Source: Eledone cirrhosa (taxonomy: Eukaryota). Taken from it: a stretch of DNA of 64,000 bases. Below the pieces are notes generated by a model that was not told the DNA's origin, searched no databases, and was given only the letters and a program-made list of their open reading frames with translations. Every line of letters begins with the position of its first letter. Position 1 is the first letter of the stretch. Below are positions 56,452 to 64,000 of the stretch, in pieces. The stretch is from assembly GCA_964016885.1 (NCBI GenBank), contig OZ024743.1, positions 199,950,001 through 200,014,000 on the forward strand, given 5' to 3'. A program made the translations under genes and the position numbers.

Positions 56452-58704
56452 CCAATGATATTTCTGGTTAACAAAAGGTAATGCTGATTTGCTGTTTCCT
56501 GAAATTTGGATACGCTTCTTTATACATGTTCGCAGATTAAATATAAAATACAAAGGCGTGTGTCATTCAGGAGTAATTGTTAGCATGGCTTACTAGTAAA
56601 GAATGGACCCTTTCAACTACATAGGTTTCGAGTTCGATGCCACTGTGTGACCGCTATGGTAAATATTTTCTACGACAGCCTCTAATCAATAGAGTTAGCT
56701 GTAATGTTTGGTAGATAAAAACTGTGTAATAGCTTTTCTGGCAACAGTTCAAATTCTTCGTGGTATAAATGATCCGGCCCTCAATTGAACATTAACATTT
56801 GAATCTGAGGTGTCTTTAGTGGTCTCCATTCTGTTACACGCATTCGCTCATCTGAGTTCAAATTCTGACAAGGTTAGTTTCACCTTTCATCCTTACAGGG
56901 TCGATAAAATAAAGTACCACTAACATATTTGGATACATTTAATCAATTTTCCCCTCCCCTAAAATTGCTGGCCTTGTTCATAATCAGAAATACATATTAG
57001 GGTATATGAGCCCTAAAAAAAAATGTATTAACTAACGTGTGTTGAAATCGAACCAGCACCTCTATTTTCGCGATAAGTGTGTCAGATCGATTAAACCAAC
57101 ACCCGTTTAGCAAACTTATCGTGAAAATAAAATGCGTGGGTTTAATTCTCTCAAAGGCGAATGCCCATTTTTTTGGTTATCGGGTTTCATATGCCGTAAT
57201 TGTAGATTATTACCTGTAGTTAATTTACGGTGAAAGTTTCTAATCGTATTTTCAAAATTTTAGTTCAATTTAATGTTTTATTAAATATATTGGTTCGTGA
57301 TCCACGATTTTCCAAAAATCGGGAAATTGTTTCGTAGCAAAATATACTTAGGAAACACTGAACAAAATTATAGTTTGAAGGATGATTGTCGACTATTTCT
57401 AGCAAGTCAAGTTATCACATAGAAATTCCTCATACACATGTATTGTTATTTAACCAATGCTAGCCCACTATGATTTGAAGTATTCAAGCCGCAACCATCC
57501 CTTATTGTTCCTCATATCAAACACAGTATATCTAAGATTGCATTAATTAATATCCCCTTACTTTATTTAAGAAAGTAGAGAAGGATTTCAAGAAGACTTA
57601 GCTGCTATTTCTAACAGGTGTAAGGACTACTGGGGACTTCCCTCATTGGTCCGTCTAAATCTATGTCAGATTTATAAAAGTTTAGCAAATTAACCGAACG
57701 ACTGATTCACTGAACTGGCACAACCTCTTCTTACATTCACATCTGGTTTCTCTTAGACAACCACCGACTCCATTTCTATGGGTTTAATAATCATTTAAAC
57801 AGAACTACTCCCTCAACGCACGCATCCACTCATCGACATACACGTACACCCACACCCAATCAAAGAGACAAAATCGCACACATTTACATATACATGCATA
57901 GACTTGTAAATATACACAGGTACACATACACACACATATATATATACACCCACGTGCTCACGCACACACACACACACACACATACGCACATGCATATACA
58001 TACTTACACACACATACATAAGAAATATAAATAGATCCTTCGTCGATTTCGACGATTCGTATTCCAGTTGTTCGATCAATTGAACCACATATACACTGTG
58101 TTATTGTGCAGATAGCTGAGTATTCTACAGACACGTCTACCCTTCATATAATCTTCGTGTAGACTCAATGGGACACAATGTGTGACACTTTTGGTACTTT
58201 GAATTACTGGTACAACACATTCGACGCAGTTTCTCTCTATCGATTATAAACCACACGGCTTAGGTCGACTCGAAGCTATGGATATGGCCAATCAATGGGG
58301 TCGAACACGAGAACTCATGATTACAAAGCAAACATCTTAGCCATTCGACCATTCCTACTTATACCTACATAACGTTCCCTGCAGTTCTATATGCCATACA
58401 CACTACCTCGTAAGCTGAGGACATCACGTGTACCACCTCTCGCTATTTTAAAATATTTAGTATAAAACTACATCAGCCATATAAAAAATTCCCCAGGCTA
58501 GAGAAATGCATCAAACTATAAGTAGCTTTACAATCTATGTTCTAACTAGCAACATGAAATAAAGTCAACTATCATCTTCATCAGCTTAACCATACAGAGA
58601 ATCAAAGAGGGAACTACTACGACGCTATTGTTTCTGCTAGAAACAACAGCACAATTCTATCAAATTGCAATCTATATTTTTAGTGAAGGAAGAATACATT
58701 AGAC

Positions 58705-59022
58705 CAGCGGCGTACAACAGGTGGCCCGTGGGCCACATTCCGGCCCGCCAGACCAGTCAGAGTGGCTCGTGATGGCCGTTTTTAATTTACCTTGTAGGCT
58801 TATTTTAGAATTTTTTTCGTAACCGTAATACAATTTTCTGTTAGTTGCCCTACACTAAAGGGCTTCACTGATAGGGTTATGTGTGTTATAATTTTCCAGT
58901 TCCATGTTATGGAAATAAGTTGTGGTGAATATTTGGAATAGTGCTTAATAAATATTAATGCCCCTAATAGTTGTTCCAATGATCAAATGTGGCCCGCCAA
59001 TGGAATATGTTGAACACTCCTG
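58705..59022. mobile_element. hAT (Charlie-like) MITE
   Basis: Ends CAGCGGCGTACAAC / GTTGAACACTCCTG, subterminal GGCCCG repeats, 8-bp TSD CATTAGAC/AATTAGAC. Confidence 0.75.
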
Positions 59023-59353
59023 AATTAGACAATGTAGCCTTAGATATTAACAAAACGTTAGTATAATTTGAAGATAAATAGCATCATCATAAACATACAG
59101 AAGACAAGAGAAGAATGAAGCAAGATGAAAATATTTAAAGCGCTCACAGCTCATGTAGAAGACAGTAGAGAAAACTAAACTTCGTGCATTATTACATAAT
59201 CACATAATCACACACGTTTTTAACAATAAAACTCTTGTCATAATGTATGTGTGCTCCATCAGTTGATGTTTGGGTAAACATGAAATATGTCATTAGTTCA
59301 TTCAATACACATAGGTACATATACACATATATACATATTTGTGTATACATACA

Positions 59354-59421
<68 letters not shown>

Positions 59422-59424
<3 letters not shown>

Positions 59425-62135
59425 CAGGAAGACCTAAAAAATAAAGTTAGAGAAACGATTTGGAGATACAAAATTTAAAACTTTAAACTCCAAATTACAC
59501 CAGTTGAAACAACAACTCACAGCTACAACAGAAAGACTAAAATATAAGTCAACAGCACATAAACGACAAGAGCTAAATAGATTGTTTGCCAGAGATCCTA
59601 AATCAGTTTATCGCAGCTTCGGTAGCAAAAGCTCAATCTCTGTAAATGACACCCCTTCAAAAGAACAGGTTGAGAGCTACTGGAGATCTGTATGGGAAAC
59701 GGATGACGGATTCAACAGACAAACTAATTGGCTAAAAGAACTGGAACAGGACTACTGCCAACATGTCCAGACAAAACAATATGAGAAAGATGGGTCAATA
59801 CTGGAAACAGCTCTACAGAAAATGTCGAATAGGAAATCACCAGGCCCAGACCTCATTACAGGATACTGGTTGAAGAATTTCACTTTCTATCGACAAGATC
59901 TCATACGGCTGTTTACAGAAACCATTAAAGGCACACAAGAACTGCCCAGATGGTTATCAACTGCCACTACTCTCCTCATTCTCCAAAATAGCCAAACTAC
60001 CCTTGCTAAAAATTATCGCCCAATAGCCTGCCAAAACATCATGTATAAATTATATACTGGGTGCCTTAACCTGTTCTTACAGGATCACTGTGCTACCAAC
60101 AACATCATAACACCTGAGCAAGCCGGTGGAAAGAGGGAGGTGTGGGGTTGCATAGATCACCTACTAACTAATAAAATGATTCAAGAAAAAACAACATAGA
60201 ATCGCTGAAACATGACTGTGGTGTGGCTGGACTATCAAAAAGCATTTGATAGTGTATCTCATGGGTGGATTGTTAAGGCTTTACAGTTAGCCAACGTCCC
60301 ACAACCACTGGTAGCTGCTGTTGAACGTCTAACCAAGAACTGGTACACCAATTTGATCCTTAGAGGTGAGAAGGAGCAAGTGAAGGCTGATAAGATACAT
60401 TACCAGAAGGGCATCTTTCAGGGTGATAGCTTGTCAGTGCTACTCGTCGTTCTCTCACTAATCCACTATCTTACCTACTCAGGAAACAAGGTGGACAAAG
60501 AAGTGGGTCCAGAAGTATCTCCCATCTTTTCTTTGTTGATGACCTGAAATTGTATGGGCCAAATATCAATGACATCAAGAAACAATTGGACCTCATTGCA
60601 CAATTTTCAACAGACATCAAAATGAAATTTGGTGAGTCCAAGTGTGCATATTTGGCAGTAAAACGTGGAAGAGCTGTGCCCTCCTCTAGAAATATAGAGA
60701 TGAACGGCCTGACAATACAACCTCTACAGTCAGGTGACAACTACAGATATCTTGGACAGGATGAGAATGTCAGATATGATGGACCCATAAATAAGGAGAG
60801 AACCAGAACTGAATACCTCAGAAGAGTAAAGAAAATATGGTCATCAGAATTGTCAGTGTACAACAAATACATTGCCCACAATACTTATGCTGTGCCAATT
60901 CTAACGCCAACATTTGGCCTGCTGAACAGGTCATTGCAAGAACTAAGTGAGATGGATTTTAGAACTCGCAAACTTCTCAGTGTTACTGGGAACTTTAACA
61001 TCAATGGTGATGTGGATAGGCTATACTTCTCACGCAAGGAAGGTGGCCGGGGTCTAAAATCCATATTAACATCATATGAGACCGGGATAGTAACACTGAA
61101 GCAACATCTTCAACAGAGGAAAAAGGTTGGCAACCATCTTGCCCAGGTTTATGAGCATGAACAAAAAAATATCATTAGAATAGCCACTGATCTGGAGGAG
61201 ACATATGGAATAAAGCCTGATATAAATCTCTCACCCAGAGAAATCGGAAGATCCTATTCAATGTTCAAACAAGATGAACAAATTGACCAATTTACAGAAA
61301 AAGCTGTGCATGGATACTTGAGACGTAAAACACAGACCATAGAGGGGATAAACCACTCAAAAAGCCTGGCATGGAGTTCCGACAAGTTTATGACATCACA
61401 CCTTGAGGGATATCTCTATGTAATACAGGAACAAGAACTCCCTACCAAATATCTGCTGCACAAAAGGGGAGGGCCATCAGCTGACAATAAATGTAGGCTA
61501 TGTAAAAAAAAGATCGAGGATGTAAGCCACATTGTTGCCAGCTGCGAAAGAATGTCATCTCGCTACTACCTCCCCATGAGACACGATGGGAACCATCTGG
61601 AACGCACTTCGGAAAACAAAATTAACAACAAACGAGGAAGAATATATTGAGACAGATGGCACTAAGGAATACTGGTGGAACCTGAAAATAAAAACTGCCA
61701 CCAAATTAAAGCACAACCGGCCTGATATTGTTGTTTGGGACCACACATTGAAAACGTGTTCTGTTATGGAGATCAGCTGCCCACTTGATGTAAACGTTGT
61801 CAGAAAAATACAGAAGAAGGAGGACATTTACGGACCATTGATGAGGAGTTTACAAATCCAGTATCCAAGATACACCTTTAGCTTCATACCCATCATTATT
61901 GGAGCTACGGGTTATATACCAACCCGCTTGGACCAAAGTATGACTGAACTTGGATTTGCGGACAAAGAGCGCAGTTCCCTAATTCATAGTCTACAAATGG
62001 CTGCGATAGCTGGCACCTTCAAAATTTGCAAAACATTCTTGCGATTCAAGGGATGACAATTTCTTTTCTTTTACAATCTTGCCACCAGGAAGGTGGCCGG
62101 TCAAAAAGATATACTCCAAATTAAGAGAAAGAGAT

Positions 62136-62137
<2 letters not shown>
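59422..62137 (+). pseudogene. 5'-truncated R4/Dong-clade non-LTR retrotransposon (RT, CCHC knuckle, restriction-like endonuclease), disrupted
   Basis: KSPGPD, NYRPIAC, DYQKAFDSV, GIFQGDSLS, FFVDDLKLY, YRYLG, CRLC...HIVASC and RPDIVVWD...EISCP spread over four ORF pieces broken by stops and frameshifts; (TA)n on both sides. Confidence 0.92.
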
Positions 62138-62226
<89 letters not shown>

Positions 62227-62300
62227 CAAAGAGGGTGTTAAGTTAGCAGGTGGACTATAACGCACCAGAGTACTCGATACTTGGGGTAGTAGAACGGGTA

Positions 62301-62412
62301 ATATGAATAGATTCAGGACCCCGACGGCTGAGCTCCTGCCGTTTCGACTGCTAAATCCTTTCGGATCTAGCTGTCGAAACTGCCGGAGCTCAGCCGTCAG
62401 GGTCCTGAATCT

Positions 62413-62420
<8 letters not shown>
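62301..62420. repeat. 120-nt hairpin of a small (TA)n-associated repeat family
   Basis: Imperfect inverted repeat centred on CCTTTCGG; GAGCTCAGCCGTC(G/A)GG also occurs at 31590-31775 and, inverted, at 36098-36145. Confidence 0.75.
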
Positions 62421-62487
<67 letters not shown>

Positions 62488-62944
62488 TTTGTGCGTGGGT
62501 GTATGTATATATGTATATATAAACATATACATACATAAATTCATTAACATCGAGACACTTACATACAAATAGTGATACATACATACATGCAAATATACAT
62601 ACTTACATACATATGTACACATACATACACTAACTCTGTCACAGCATTGTCATAAACTCATAACTATTCAGCAACACAGATATTCACACGGTCACAAAAC
62701 AACTAGTCAAAACCTGTGTTCCTTTAACCAACACATATACAATAGTCCATCTTAAAGTCATTGAAAGTCTGAGACAAAAGGTTTCAAGTTTAAATCGACG
62801 TCAATAGTTTCCGGTCCGCACAATGCCATGTGTTCTGATGAGACCCTAGTGGCGTCACCTTCATCACGACCACTTTCTATTTGGGGGTCGGAAGTATTCC
62901 GCGATGACTGCTCCTTTAATTCGTTCCGCTTCGTAGCCGTCATT

Positions 62945-63064
<120 letters not shown>

Positions 63065-63331
63065 TATATAAATATATATTACTATATTACTATATTTCTC
63101 ATTTTTTGTTGTTGCTGCTGTTTTCTTCTAGCCACATGTACGTACATACGCACACATACACATACAGACATTTACATACACAGACAAATACATTCACGCA
63201 TTTACATACACACACTGATAATCAAACTCATAATTACACACAGATTCACAATCACTGATAATTTACGTATAAATACATACGCATAAGTAATGTATACATG
63301 ACTGGATATGTGTACGTGTTATGTATATACA

Positions 63332-64000
<669 letters not shown>

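Overview
AT-rich, repeat-dominated animal DNA with no recognisable host gene; the tRNA-derived SINE and dense microsatellites suggest an octopus or other coleoid (inference). Nearly all listed ORFs are microsatellite translations. Real coding remnants all come from transposons: two R4/Dong-type RT+RLE LINEs, an RTE 3' end, two CRE-clade 3' ends and a mariner tail. Non-coding elements include a Helitron, MITEs, many SINE copies, a ~9.7 kb GTT/GGT/GCT tract and a 200-N gap. The main signal is a set of type I hammerhead ribozyme (HHR) elements, mostly inserted in (TA)n. The best is a tandem array of a 557-bp unit at 39.9-43.5 kb (6 full units plus a partial, one HHR each) preceded by an inverted partial copy. 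A diverged relative at 52.9-53.3 kb shows compensatory base-pair changes. Three further unrelated HHR families lie at 4.2-4.4, 32.4-33.8 and 34.0-34.4 kb; all have palindromic stem III and some have non-canonical cores. This resembles a retrozyme / Penelope pseudo-LTR system. All folds were derived by eye and are untested.
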